Assembly: GCA_044225365.1 (NCBI GenBank)
Contig: JBGAIQ010000014.1
Span: 32,001-96,000 of the forward strand
Direction of reading: 5' to 3'
DNA: 64,000 nucleotides
Origin: Planctomycetota bacterium
GTDB lineage: Bacteria; Planctomycetota; B15-G4; JADJEK01
Positions within the stretch are counted from its first letter, which is position 1. Every line of letters starts with the position of its first letter. Both the position numbers and the translations under genes were made by a program. The notes beneath the pieces were generated by a model. The model worked only from the letters and a program-made list of their open reading frames with translations. It had not been told where the DNA came from and searched no databases. Shown in pieces: positions 38,591 through 52,266 of the stretch.

Positions 38591-40906
38591 ATGCTGAGGC
38601 CCGCCATCGACCCGGTTCCCATCGAGCAGCAAGTGCGATCGCGCGTCGATCTCGCGATCGAAGGCATGACCTGCAACGGCTGCGCACTGAAGGTCGAAGG
38701 CGGGTTGAAGCGGCAGCCCGGCGTGCTGAGTGCCGCGGTGAACTTCGCGACGTCGCGAGCGACGATCGAGTTCGATTCGAGCGCGACCGACCCCAAAGCG
38801 CTCGCGACGGCCGTCCACGAGCTGGGTTACTCCGTGCCGGACGCGAGCCTCGTCGCGGCCGAGGAGCGACTTCTCGGCCACGACGACCTCGCCCTCGCGC
38901 AGGCCGAGGACGCCGCCCTCGAACAGGAGCGCACAGCGGAGATCGCGCGCACGAAGAATCGGTTCGTCGTCTGCCTCGTCTTCACGCTCCCCTTGCTCGT
39001 GCTCGCGATGAGCCACGGGGCGATCCATCTCGCACGGATGCACGAGATCCAGTTCCTGCTTGCGACGCCGGTCGTCGTTTACGGCGGCCGGCCATTCCTC
39101 GTCGCGACAATGAAGGGTCTCGCGCATCGCACCGTCGACATGAACACGCTGGTCAGCGTCGGCACGCTCGCGGCCTACGGCTACTCGATCGCGAGCCTGT
39201 TCCTCGGCATGACGACGCCCGTCTACTTCGAGGCCGCCGCATCGATCGTCACACTCGTGCTCTTCGGTCGACTCCTCGAATCCGGCGCGCGCGGCCGAAC
39301 GACCGCCGCACTCCATGCACTCGCTCGGCTTCAGGCGAAGTCCGCCTGCGTCGTCGAGAACGACGTCGAACGCGCCGTTCCCATCGACGAAGTGCGCGTC
39401 GGCGACTTCGTGCGAGTTCGCCCCGGCGAGCGAATCCCCGTCGATGGAGATGTCGTACGCGGCGGCTCAGCCGTCGACGAATCGATGCTCACGGGCGAGA
39501 GTCTCCCGGTCGACAAGATCGCCGGCGACCGTGTCTACGGCGGCACGCTGAACGCCTCCGGTTCGTTCGATCTGCGCGCCACGAAGGTCGGCGCTGCGAC
39601 CGCACTCCAGCGCATCGTCCAACTCGTTCGCGACGCGCAGGGCGGAAAAGCGAAGATTGCGCGTCTCGCCGATCGCGTGAGCGGTGTCTTCACGCTCACC
39701 GTCATCGCCATCGCGATCGTCGCCGCCATCGCGTGGCTCGTTCTCGATCCGAGCCCCGGGCTACAGGAACGCCTCCAGCACGCACTTCTCGCCTTCGTGT
39801 CGGTACTGATCATCGCGTGTCCCTGCGCACTCGGTCTCGCCACTCCGACAGCGATCCTCGTCGCGACCGGTCGCGGCGCCGAGCGCGGGATCCTCTTCAC
39901 GAGCGGCACCTCTCTCGAGACGGCGAGCACGATCGACACCGTGCTGCTCGACAAGACCGGAACCGTGACGACGGGCCGCCCTGAAGTGACGAACGCACTT
40001 CCCAATGCGGGATTCGACGAAGCAACGCTGCTCGCCCTCGCGGGTGCCGCCGAGAAGGGAAGCGAACATCCGATCGGCGCTGCGATCGTCCGCGCAGCGA
40101 CCGATCGCGCGGGAAGCCCCGCGTCGCCCGAGGAGTTCGAGGCCCTCGCGGGCCATGGCGTCGTCGCGACGGTCTCGAAGAAGCGCGTCGTGGTCGGAAA
40201 CGCGAGACTGCTCGCCGAGCGCGGGATCGCGTTCGAAGAAGGCGCTGGAATCGAGGCCGAGTACGAATCACTCGGAGACGACGGCAAGACCGTGATCTTC
40301 GTCGGTGTCGACGGTCGATTCGCCGGCCTGCTCGCCGTCGCCGACGTCGAGAAGCCCGAGGCGAAGGGCGCGATCGCTCGGCTCGTCGCGCTCGGCCTGC
40401 GAGTCGTCATGGTGACCGGAGACAACTCCCGGGCGGCGGGAGCGATCGCGCGTCGAGTCGGTATCCCGAACGATGATGAGACCGTCTTCGCGAACACCTT
40501 GCCGGAGGGCAAGGTCGACGTCGTGCGGTCCCTGAAGGCCGCAGGCCGCAACGTGGCGATGGTCGGGGACGGCGTCAACGACGCCCCCGCGCTCGCCGCA
40601 GCGGACCTGGGAATCGCGATCGGGACGGGCGCCGATGTCGCGCTCGCGGCCGCCGATGTCGCGCTCGTGCGAAGCGATTTGAACGGTGTCGCGGAGGCCA
40701 TCGAACTCGGTCGCGCGACTCTGCGCACGATTCGCCAGAACCTCTTCTTCGCGTTCTTCTACAATTGCCTCGGGATCCCGATCGCGGCCGGTGCGTTGTA
40801 TCCATTCACTGGCACGCAGCTCTCGCCGATGCTCGCGAGCGCAGCAATGGCGCTGTCGAGCGTGTCGGTCGTGAGCAACAGCCTGCGCCTCCGGCGCGGG
40901 CGATGA
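38591..40906 (+). CDS. copA: Copper-type heavy metal translocating P1B ATPase
   Basis: GMTCNGC HMA domain, [31 protein letters not shown] and MALSS (Cu+ signature). Alternative start GTG 38573. Confidence 0.93.
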   Translation: MLRPAIDPVPIEQQVRSRVDLAIEGMTCNGCALKVEGGLKRQPGVLSAAVNFATSRATIEFDSSATDPKALATAVHELGYSVPDASLVAAEERLLGHDDLALAQAEDAALEQERTAEIARTKNRFVVCLVFTLPLLVLAMSHGAIHLARMHEIQFLLATPVVVYGGRPFLVATMKGLAHRTVDMNTLVSVGTLAAYGYSIASLFLGMTTPVYFEAAASIVTLVLFGRLLESGARGRTTAALHALARLQAKSACVVENDVERAVPIDEVRVGDFVRVRPGERIPVDGDVVRGGSAVDESMLTGESLPVDKIAGDRVYGGTLNASGSFDLRATKVGAATALQRIVQLVRDAQGGKAKIARLADRVSGVFTLTVIAIAIVAAIAWLVLDPSPGLQERLQHALLAFVSVLIIACPCALGLATPTAILVATGRGAERGILFTSGTSLETASTIDTVLLDKTGTVTTGRPEVTNALPNAGFDEATLLALAGAAEKGSEHPIGAAIVRAATDRAGSPASPEEFEALAGHGVVATVSKKRVVVGNARLLAERGIAFEEGAGIEAEYESLGDDGKTVIFVGVDGRFAGLLAVADVEKPEAKGAIARLVALGLRVVMVTGDNSRAAGAIARRVGIPNDDETVFANTLPEGKVDVVRSLKAAGRNVAMVGDGVNDAPALAAADLGIAIGTGADVALAAADVALVRSDLNGVAEAIELGRATLRTIRQNLFFAFFYNCLGIPIAAGALYPFTGTQLSPMLASAAMALSSVSVVSNSLRLRRGR

Positions 40907-40936
40907 GTGGTATCGCACCGCACGAGGAATCGGCAC

Positions 40937-41287
40937 ATGGCCTTCGAAGATCGCTCGAAACCGCTCCTATCTCGATCGGCTTTCGTCCTACGAGTTCTGC
41001 GGAACTTCAGTATTGCGTCGGCGATCGTCGCCGTCTCGCTGCTGCTAGGAATGATCGGCTATCACCACTTCGAACAGTTGAATTGGATCGACGCCTTCGC
41101 GAACGCGTCGATGATCCTGTCGGGAATGGGACCCATCTGCGTGATGCACTCCGACGGCGGCAAGATCTTCGCGGGTTGCTATGCCCTCTACAGCGGACTC
41201 GCCCTCGTCACGACGACGAGCATCGTGCTCGCGCCGTTGATCCATCGACTCCTGCATACTTTTCACGCCGAAGTCGCGGACGATTGA
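40937..41287 (+). CDS. Small conserved two-TM membrane protein (ion-channel-pore-like)
   Basis: GAGGA SD; TM1, then WIDAF.NASMILSGMGP, then GKIFAG.YALYSG TM2. Confidence 0.7.
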   Translation: MAFEDRSKPLLSRSAFVLRVLRNFSIASAIVAVSLLLGMIGYHHFEQLNWIDAFANASMILSGMGPICVMHSDGGKIFAGCYALYSGLALVTTTSIVLAPLIHRLLHTFHAEVADD

Positions 41288-41293
41288 GCCCCG

Positions 41294-43357
41294 TCACTTC
41301 GACTTGTATTTCTCGAACCACGCGAGGATGTGCGCGATCTTCGTCATCAATTGCGATGGACGCGCGTCCATGTTGTGCGACGCCTCCGGGATCCGAACGA
41401 GCGCGGTGTCGATCTTGCGAAGCTTCAGCGCCGAATAGAATTCCTCGGACTGCGAGATCGGCGTTCGATAGTCCGATTCACCGGTGAGGAGCATCGTCGG
41501 CGTCTTCACGTTGCCGACGTAGGTGAGCGGCGATCGCTTCAGATACTGTTCGGTGTTCTCCCACGGGGGACCGGGGAACCAGTAGTTCGAGTAGAAGCCG
41601 ACATCATCCGAAGTGAGTGCGAAGCTGTACCAGTCGATCACGGGCTTCGCCGAGACGGCGGCCCGGAAGCGATCGGTCTTGCCGACGATCCAAGCGGTGA
41701 GCACTCCGCCACCGCTGCCGCCTGTCACGAACAGGTTCTTCGGATCGATGAATCCTCGCGCGATCACTGCGTCGACGCCCGACATCAAGTCGTCGTAATC
41801 GTGATTCGGATAATCATGATGGATGAGATTTCCGAATTCCGCGCCGTAGCTCGTGCTTCCCCGCGGATTGGCATACAGCACGACGTAACCCGCGGCCGCA
41901 TAGAGCTGGAATTCCGACGCGAAGCGATCGCCATAATCCGCGAACGGCCCGCCGTGGATCTCCAGGATCAGCGGGTACTTCTTCGCGGGATCGAAGTCCG
42001 GTGGCTTCACGATCCAGCCCTGGATCTTCTTCTTGTCGAACGATGACTCGAACCCGATCTCCTCGGTCGTCGCCATCCTCTTGGTAGCGAAGAGGTCGTC
42101 GTTGAGGCGAGTGAGGCGGACGACCTGCGGCGACTTCACCCTCGTCTCGACGAGCGCGACGTCCGCCGGGAATTCCGGGCGCGAATACGTGAACGCGATC
42201 GCACCGTTCGCGTCGACCGAGAAACTGCCGCCGTTGTAGGGTCGCCCCGCGGAGAGACCGCCGACGTCCTTCACGAGTGTCATGACCGTTCCATCGAGCG
42301 TCGCGAACCCGATCTTGGTGTTGCCCTGGTCGTCGTATTGGAAGTAGATGCCCGAGCCATCCGCGCTCCAGCGCGGTTGCTCGACATCGCGATCGAACTT
42401 CTCCGTGATGCACTTGGCGGCGCTGCCGTCTCGCTTCATCACGTAGAGATGCGTGCATTGATATCCCTGGCGGCGATCGTCGAATCCCGTGTAAGCGATC
42501 CATCGTCCATCGGCCGAGAGCGCCGGAGATTGGTCGGGTCCGCGCCGATTCGTAAGGTCCTTGATCGCGTTCAAGGCGCCGCTCTCGAGCGAGACCTCGC
42601 AGATCTCGGTGTCGAGACCGTCGTATTCCCACTCCGCGTGGCGATTCCCGCTGAACACGATGGACTTGCCGTCGGGCGCGAAGCACAAAGGCCCGCCGTG
42701 ATGGAACGCTTCATTCGTGAGTTGAAGCGGTGTTCCCCCTTCCGCGGGCACGATGAAGAGCTGCTCGAAACCATCCTCGAGATAACCCGCGCCGTCGGCT
42801 CGATATTGCACTCGCTGGATCACGCGCGCCGGCTTCGCCCACTCTGCACCTTCGGGCTTCGCGGGGAGCGTCGCGATCGGCGGCACCTCCACGGGCACGA
42901 ACATCGTGAACGCGATGAACTTGCCGTCCGGTGACCACGCGAGATCGCCCGGTCCACGCTGCAGACTCGTGATCTTGGCCGTGCGATTCGTAGCGAGATA
43001 CCGCACGTAGATCTGGGCCGTGCCGTCCGCTGCGGAAACGAATGCGATGCGCGACTGGTCGCGCGACCAACGCGGCGACGAATTCCCCGCGCCGTCGCTC
43101 GTCAGCGCTTCGAGGTTCCTGCCATCGGCGTCGACGATCCAGAGATCCGATCGGAAGCGGTCCTTCATGATGTCGCCGAAGACGCGCGAGAAGACGACCT
43201 TCGTGCCATCCGGAGCGATCTGTGGATCGGTCGCGAGTTCGAGGTCGAAGAGATTCGTGAGCTCGAATCGATCACCGGGTCGAGCGAGCTTGATCTCGTC
43301 CGCGGCAATCGCGTTCGAGGCGACGACGCTCAGGGCGAGCGCGACGACGTACTTCAT
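41294..43357 (-). CDS. S9 family peptidase (acylaminoacyl/dipeptidyl peptidase) with TolB-like propeller
   Basis: Signal peptide; IHGGP, NPRGSTSYG, GGSGGG nucleophile, GESDYRTP and EASH. Confidence 0.92.
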   Translation of the reverse strand: MKYVVALALSVVASNAIAADEIKLARPGDRFELTNLFDLELATDPQIAPDGTKVVFSRVFGDIMKDRFRSDLWIVDADGRNLEALTSDGAGNSSPRWSRDQSRIAFVSAADGTAQIYVRYLATNRTAKITSLQRGPGDLAWSPDGKFIAFTMFVPVEVPPIATLPAKPEGAEWAKPARVIQRVQYRADGAGYLEDGFEQLFIVPAEGGTPLQLTNEAFHHGGPLCFAPDGKSIVFSGNRHAEWEYDGLDTEICEVSLESGALNAIKDLTNRRGPDQSPALSADGRWIAYTGFDDRRQGYQCTHLYVMKRDGSAAKCITEKFDRDVEQPRWSADGSGIYFQYDDQGNTKIGFATLDGTVMTLVKDVGGLSAGRPYNGGSFSVDANGAIAFTYSRPEFPADVALVETRVKSPQVVRLTRLNDDLFATKRMATTEEIGFESSFDKKKIQGWIVKPPDFDPAKKYPLILEIHGGPFADYGDRFASEFQLYAAAGYVVLYANPRGSTSYGAEFGNLIHHDYPNHDYDDLMSGVDAVIARGFIDPKNLFVTGGSGGGVLTAWIVGKTDRFRAAVSAKPVIDWYSFALTSDDVGFYSNYWFPGPPWENTEQYLKRSPLTYVGNVKTPTMLLTGESDYRTPISQSEEFYSALKLRKIDTALVRIPEASHNMDARPSQLMTKIAHILAWFEKYKSK

Positions 43358-43378
43358 GAGTTGCTCCCGGAATCGGAT

Positions 43379-44437
43379 TCAGCGCGGGTCAGCGGTCGTG
43401 ACGAGGCGGCGACTCATCACGAAATCATTTTGCCGATCCGATCCGAGGACGAATACGGCGCGCCCGACTTTTGCGAAGCCACATTTCTCGTAGAACGCGA
43501 TCGCCCGCGGATTCTTCTCCCACACACCGAGCCACAGCACTCCGCGGCTCTTTGATCGGGCGAACTGCTCCACTTCGTACATCAGTCGTTGCGCGACGCC
43601 CTTGCCGTGCCACTCATGATCGACGTAGAAGCGCTGGATCTCGAGAGGCGCGTCGCCTTCCACTTCGGGCACCGCTTCACCGATTCGCAATTGGGCGTAG
43701 CCGAGGATCGTCTCGCCACTCGTCGCGAGCAGGACGGTGATCGAAGGATCTCGCAGCGCTCTTCCCTGATGCTCTTCGCCGAACGTCTTCGCGAGGTACT
43801 CCTCGACGTCCTTGGGATCGTTCTGGGCGCCGAACGTGACGACGAAGACGCGCTGTGAGAACTCGGCGTACGCTCGAGCGTCGGAAGGGACTGCCGTTCG
43901 CACGCTCATGGTTGCGAAGCCATGGGAGCGGAACTTCTCCGTGAGCCGCGGATAGAGCGATTCGAGGTCGCCGTCGTCCCACGGATTCCCCTTCGGCGTG
44001 TCGGGATGGGAGATCGGCTCGGCGCGGCGCACCGAATTCCCATCGTTCATGAACGCCCCGTCGACGCCATCGACGACGGCGTATGCGTACCCCTCGAAGA
44101 ACCACAGGTCGTCGTCGAAATACTCCGCGGCGAGGCCGTCCGGATCGGAGAGTGCCCGCTCGAACGCGGTGCGTCCCCGCGAGATCAGGGACGATCGAAA
44201 GTCGTTGAACGAATCGTCGCCGCAACCGCCGTGCATCACATACGCCGCACCCCACAGGCGATAGTCGTAGGCCTCGATCATCTTCGCGTCGAAGATCCGA
44301 CCGAATTCGGCCGCCTCCGTCGCCGGCAATGCGCCGACCAGGTCGCGAATCTCGTCGCACTTCCCATCCATGTCTTCCGGCGAGGCGTCGTGGGCGCGTT
44401 GGATCAGGTGCCAGAATCGGTCGTCATCCATCGCCAT
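43379..44437 (-). CDS. DUF4240 domain fused to a PaiA-like GNAT acetyltransferase
   Basis: MDDDRFW.LI, LWGAAY..GGCGDDSF.DFR..LI.RG and YPRL; then EIQRFYV..WHGKGVA and WLGVWEKN.RAIAFYEKCGF. Confidence 0.85.
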   Translation of the reverse strand: MAMDDDRFWHLIQRAHDASPEDMDGKCDEIRDLVGALPATEAAEFGRIFDAKMIEAYDYRLWGAAYVMHGGCGDDSFNDFRSSLISRGRTAFERALSDPDGLAAEYFDDDLWFFEGYAYAVVDGVDGAFMNDGNSVRRAEPISHPDTPKGNPWDDGDLESLYPRLTEKFRSHGFATMSVRTAVPSDARAYAEFSQRVFVVTFGAQNDPKDVEEYLAKTFGEEHQGRALRDPSITVLLATSGETILGYAQLRIGEAVPEVEGDAPLEIQRFYVDHEWHGKGVAQRLMYEVEQFARSKSRGVLWLGVWEKNPRAIAFYEKCGFAKVGRAVFVLGSDRQNDFVMSRRLVTTADPR

Positions 44438-44551
44438 CGATCGCCTTCCGTCGTCGTCCAGCAGCGTCCATCGTTGCGGGCATTGGCTTGGAGCCTACAC
44501 CGGAATCTCGTAATCTCGATCTCAGGAGCACACCGACATCGGGGGGATCCA

Positions 44552-46918
44552 ATGCGCCATCGCAAGGCTCGTCTGCGCGTCTCGATCTGCTCCCTCCTCG
44601 TCGCTTCGTTTTCATCGATTCCCGGCGCGCGGCCGGCGAAGGCGGAGCAGCTTCACTACCTCTCGAGCTGGCCCTTCGTCGCGACCAAGGCGATCGCGAC
44701 CGACCCCTATTCGAATCCGCCGATCTGCTTCGAGGGGAGCGGCGGCGGCATCATCGCCCTCGACGTCTCTTCGGTCGCAAAGCCGCATCCGGTCGCTCCG
44801 AACGCTTACATCCGAACGGGCGGATTCGTCTTCGACGTCGACTTCACGTCGAGCCAGGTCTTCGCAGCCGCGGGTTCCGCCGGGCTCGTCCGTATCGATC
44901 GCGGCACCCTCGCGGTCGATGCCAGTCTCGGATCGATCGGCGACGCGCGCGTCGTGGCTGCGTTCCGAGTCGTCGACGCCTCGTACGTGCTCGTCGGCAC
45001 CGAGTTCGGCAAGCTCCTCCTCGTGAAGTCGAGTAAGGCCGGCAGTTCGATTCCGGTGCCGCTTTCGATCGAAGCGGAGACGTTTGTCCCCGGAAACGTG
45101 AGTGCGCTCGCGGTTACGCAGGGCGCGCGCGCGGGCCACACCACGTTCCTCGTCGGCACCAAGTGCGGCGGCCTCCTGCGGTTCGACGTTCCGGACGCGG
45201 CGTTCGGGTCCCGCCATGCCGTGCTCGCCCACCTCCTCCAGTCGACCTCGACCTGGGCGCCCGTCAACCCTCACGGCAATCAGTCGTTCGTCCGATCGGT
45301 CGTCATCGACGACGATCTGCCGTCGCCGGCCGTTCTGCCCCGCGCGTTCGTCGCGACGCATTCGGATGGAGTGTTCGCGATCGATCTCGGGCCGAAAGGA
45401 GCGCTCCTCCCCGTCAGTTCACCGAACTGGCCGATCCATCCTCCCGGAATCTCGTACGCGCACGGACTCGCGCTCGACGAGCACGACGATCGTCTCGCCG
45501 TTGCGAACGGTCCGAAGTTCGACGACGAATGGAATTGGTGGGGCGATTGCGAATTCCCGTGGCCATGCGACGGTGCACCTTCGATCGAGCCCACCGCACC
45601 CGGGATCCGGATCTACGAGCAGACGAGTTCGATGCAGCCCGTCGAGGTCGGATTCGTCGGAGTCGATTACCTCGGGCCGCCGTTCCTGAACACGGCACCG
45701 GTCGACATCGCGATGCGCAAGGTCGGCCCGAACGAGTTGCGCTTCGACATCGCATCGGAGTACCTCGGATTCCACGTCGCTCGCGCCACGCGTCCGGCAT
45801 CGCAAGGCGGAGTCGGACCGTGGACGATCGGCGAGACCGGCGGCTTCGACGCCGACGACGGGATTCCGGTCGGGTCGATGTACGACGTGCTCGTTCGTCC
45901 GGACGTCGCGATCTACACCGCGAACGGGCCGACGTTCGCCGCGTTCAAGAACGACGCATCGAGCCCCCTCATGGCGCCGCCGAAAGTGGTGATGCCCGGC
46001 TGCATCTCTCTCGCGTTCGACGGGGCGACGACGCCGAGGATCTTCGGCGCGCGCAAGATCGATGGAATCGTGTTCTACGACGTCGCCGGCGCGAACTCTC
46101 TCGCCCCCGTCTACCTCGGCCTCATGTCGACGAACGGCAAGCCGAACAGTTGCCGAGTGATCCCCGGGCTCTCCGGGCCGGGTCATCCGTGGCTCTACGC
46201 GCCCAATACGTTCACGTTCGGACTCCCGCAGCCGTCGCCGGGCTCGTTGTTCATCTTCGACGTCGCCGCGGCATCGCCGGCTGCGGCCGTTCCCGTCGCA
46301 TCGTGGATCGATTCGACTCCTCGAACGTACGCGGACGTGGCGGTCGCGAAGACGGCGCCGGATCGCCATGTGGCATGGATGTGCTACGGACCCCACGCCT
46401 ACGGCGATCCTTCGTTCGGCATCGTGACCCTGCGCGCGCAATACGTGGCGGCGACGGGCCAGACTTCGCTCACTCCGCTCTCGATCCTCCCCGTCGCGAG
46501 CCCAGGGTCCACGGGCAATGGCGAGCCCGCGGGACGGATGTGCTACGACGCGACGACGAAGCGTCTGTACGTCGCGTTCGGATGCAACGGAGTTTCGATG
46601 TTCGACGTCAGCAATCCGGAATCGCCGGTCCTCCTCGGATCGCGCGCGATCCCAGCGCGAACGGCGCTCACGGTTCGCGTCGCGCCGTGGGACTCGCATC
46701 GATTGCTCGTCACGCTGATCGGCTACGGGAGCAACGCCGGTCTCGGCGTCCTCGACTGCACCGACAGTGCGAGCTTCCTCGGAGCGAACTCGATGCAGAT
46801 CCTGCCGACGCGATTCCAGTGTCAGAGCATCGACTTCCCGCCCGACTCCGCGGTGAAGCACACCTTGTTCCTCGCCGATGGTCGCGGCGGGGTGCATTTC
46901 CTCGAGGTCACGCCCTGA
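44552..46918 (+). CDS. Secreted LVIVD-like beta-propeller hypothetical protein
   Basis: Signal peptide; IIALDVS, GVSMFDVSNPESPVLLGS and LFLADGRGGVHFL repeats. Confidence 0.7.
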   Translation: MRHRKARLRVSICSLLVASFSSIPGARPAKAEQLHYLSSWPFVATKAIATDPYSNPPICFEGSGGGIIALDVSSVAKPHPVAPNAYIRTGGFVFDVDFTSSQVFAAAGSAGLVRIDRGTLAVDASLGSIGDARVVAAFRVVDASYVLVGTEFGKLLLVKSSKAGSSIPVPLSIEAETFVPGNVSALAVTQGARAGHTTFLVGTKCGGLLRFDVPDAAFGSRHAVLAHLLQSTSTWAPVNPHGNQSFVRSVVIDDDLPSPAVLPRAFVATHSDGVFAIDLGPKGALLPVSSPNWPIHPPGISYAHGLALDEHDDRLAVANGPKFDDEWNWWGDCEFPWPCDGAPSIEPTAPGIRIYEQTSSMQPVEVGFVGVDYLGPPFLNTAPVDIAMRKVGPNELRFDIASEYLGFHVARATRPASQGGVGPWTIGETGGFDADDGIPVGSMYDVLVRPDVAIYTANGPTFAAFKNDASSPLMAPPKVVMPGCISLAFDGATTPRIFGARKIDGIVFYDVAGANSLAPVYLGLMSTNGKPNSCRVIPGLSGPGHPWLYAPNTFTFGLPQPSPGSLFIFDVAAASPAAAVPVASWIDSTPRTYADVAVAKTAPDRHVAWMCYGPHAYGDPSFGIVTLRAQYVAATGQTSLTPLSILPVASPGSTGNGEPAGRMCYDATTKRLYVAFGCNGVSMFDVSNPESPVLLGSRAIPARTALTVRVAPWDSHRLLVTLIGYGSNAGLGVLDCTDSASFLGANSMQILPTRFQCQSIDFPPDSAVKHTLFLADGRGGVHFLEVTP

Positions 46919-47066
46919 TCTCCGCGCCTGGAACGAAGGAGCGGCAGAGCGCAATATGAAGTAGAATGGGGCGTTTCCCGCGTCGGCCCATGCCCTACGG
47001 CATTCGACCCGCACGCGACTCCCGTTTTCGTCCGGCCCCCTCCCGCAGACTCTGGAGACACGCTCG

Positions 47067-50771
<3,705 letters not shown>

Positions 50772-50775
50772 CGCC

Positions 50776-52257
50776 ATGGTCGATTCGATGAAGCCGAGAG
50801 ATCCCATCGAAGAACGCCAGCTCGCATTCACGCGACGGCGCTTCTTCTCGAAGACGCTGAAGACGGCGGCGAGCGGGCTCGGCGCTGCCGCGCTGTCGTC
50901 GCTCCTCGTTCCGTCGCTGGCTCGCGGCAAGGAACTCGACGGAACATTGCGGGGCCCCCACTACAAAGCGCGGGCGAAACGCGTGATCTACCTCCACATG
51001 GAGGGCGCTCCGAGTCAGCTCGACCTCTTCGACTACAAGCCTCGGCTTCGCGATCGATTCGACGAGGATCTCCCCGATTCGATTCGTCAGGGTCAACGCC
51101 TCACCGGGATGACGAGCGGACAAGCGCGCTTCCCGATCGCGCCGTCGATGTTCCGATTCAGCCGTTACCCGAACGCGCAGGACGGCGCGTGGGTCAGCGA
51201 ATTGATGCCGCACACCGGTGCGATGGCGAAGCACCTCTGCTTCATCCACTCCATGCACACCGACGCGATCAATCACGAGCCGGGCATCACCTTCTTCCAG
51301 ACCGGCAATCAGCAGCCCGGACGACCGTCGTTCGGCGCGTGGGTGAGTTACGGCCTCGGCAGCGCGAACGCAAATCTGCCGACGTTCGTCGTCCTGATCA
51401 CGCAAGGCGTCGGCAACATGCAAGCGCTCTCCGCGCGCTTCTGGGGCAGCGGATTCCTGCCGAGCGAGCATCAGGGCTGCAAGCTGCGCAGCGCCGCCGA
51501 CCCGGTGCTCTATCTCCACGATCCCGCGGGCGTCTCCCGCGAGGATCGAAGGCGCTTCCTCGACGTCGTCGCGAAGATCAACGAGCGTGAAGCCGCGCGC
51601 GAACTCGATCCCGAGATCGACACGCGCATCGCGCAAGCCGAGATGGCGTATCGCATGCAGATGTCCGTGCCCGAGCTCACCGACTTCTCGAGCGAGGACG
51701 ACGCGACGCTCGACATGTATGGCCCCGACGTACGGAAGCCGGGCACGTTCGCCGCGAACTGCCTGCTCGCGCGACGACTCGCCGAACGCGGCGTGCGATT
51801 CATCCAGCTCTACATGCGCGGCTGGGATCAACACGGCAATCTGCCGAACGAGATCCGCGCGCAGGCGGGATTCGTCGACCAGCCACAGGCCGCGCTCGTC
51901 GAGGACCTGCGCCGCCGCGGGCTGCTCGACGACACGCTCGTCCTGTGGTCCGGCGAGTTCGGCCGCACGGTCTACAGCCAGGGCACGCTGACCAAGGACA
52001 ACTACGGTCGCGATCACCACCCGCGCTGCTTCAGCAATTGGCTCGCGGGCGGCGGTATCAAGCCGGGGATCTCGTACGGCAAGACCGACGACTACGGGTA
52101 CAACATCGTCGAGGATCCGGTCGACGTGCACGATCTCCACGCGACGTTGCTGCACCTCCTCGGGTTCGACCACGAGCGACTCACGTATCGATATCAGGGC
52201 CGCGACTTCCGCCTCACGGACGTGTTCGGCAAGCCGTTGAAGCCCCTCCTCGCCTGA
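50776..52257 (+). CDS. DUF1501 domain-containing protein (Tat signal)
   Basis: TRRRFF; AKRVIYLHM.GAPSQLDLFDYKP, CLLARRL.ERGVRF, GEFGRT, GRDHHP and FRLTDV. Confidence 0.92.
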   Translation: MVDSMKPRDPIEERQLAFTRRRFFSKTLKTAASGLGAAALSSLLVPSLARGKELDGTLRGPHYKARAKRVIYLHMEGAPSQLDLFDYKPRLRDRFDEDLPDSIRQGQRLTGMTSGQARFPIAPSMFRFSRYPNAQDGAWVSELMPHTGAMAKHLCFIHSMHTDAINHEPGITFFQTGNQQPGRPSFGAWVSYGLGSANANLPTFVVLITQGVGNMQALSARFWGSGFLPSEHQGCKLRSAADPVLYLHDPAGVSREDRRRFLDVVAKINEREAARELDPEIDTRIAQAEMAYRMQMSVPELTDFSSEDDATLDMYGPDVRKPGTFAANCLLARRLAERGVRFIQLYMRGWDQHGNLPNEIRAQAGFVDQPQAALVEDLRRRGLLDDTLVLWSGEFGRTVYSQGTLTKDNYGRDHHPRCFSNWLAGGGIKPGISYGKTDDYGYNIVEDPVDVHDLHATLLHLLGFDHERLTYRYQGRDFRLTDVFGKPLKPLLA

Positions 52258-52266
52258 CGAGCCACC

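Noticed and set aside
43922-44551. N-terminal extension of the 998-aa ORF
   Set aside because: Overlaps DUF4240-GNAT on the opposite strand; the signal peptide starts at ATG 44552.
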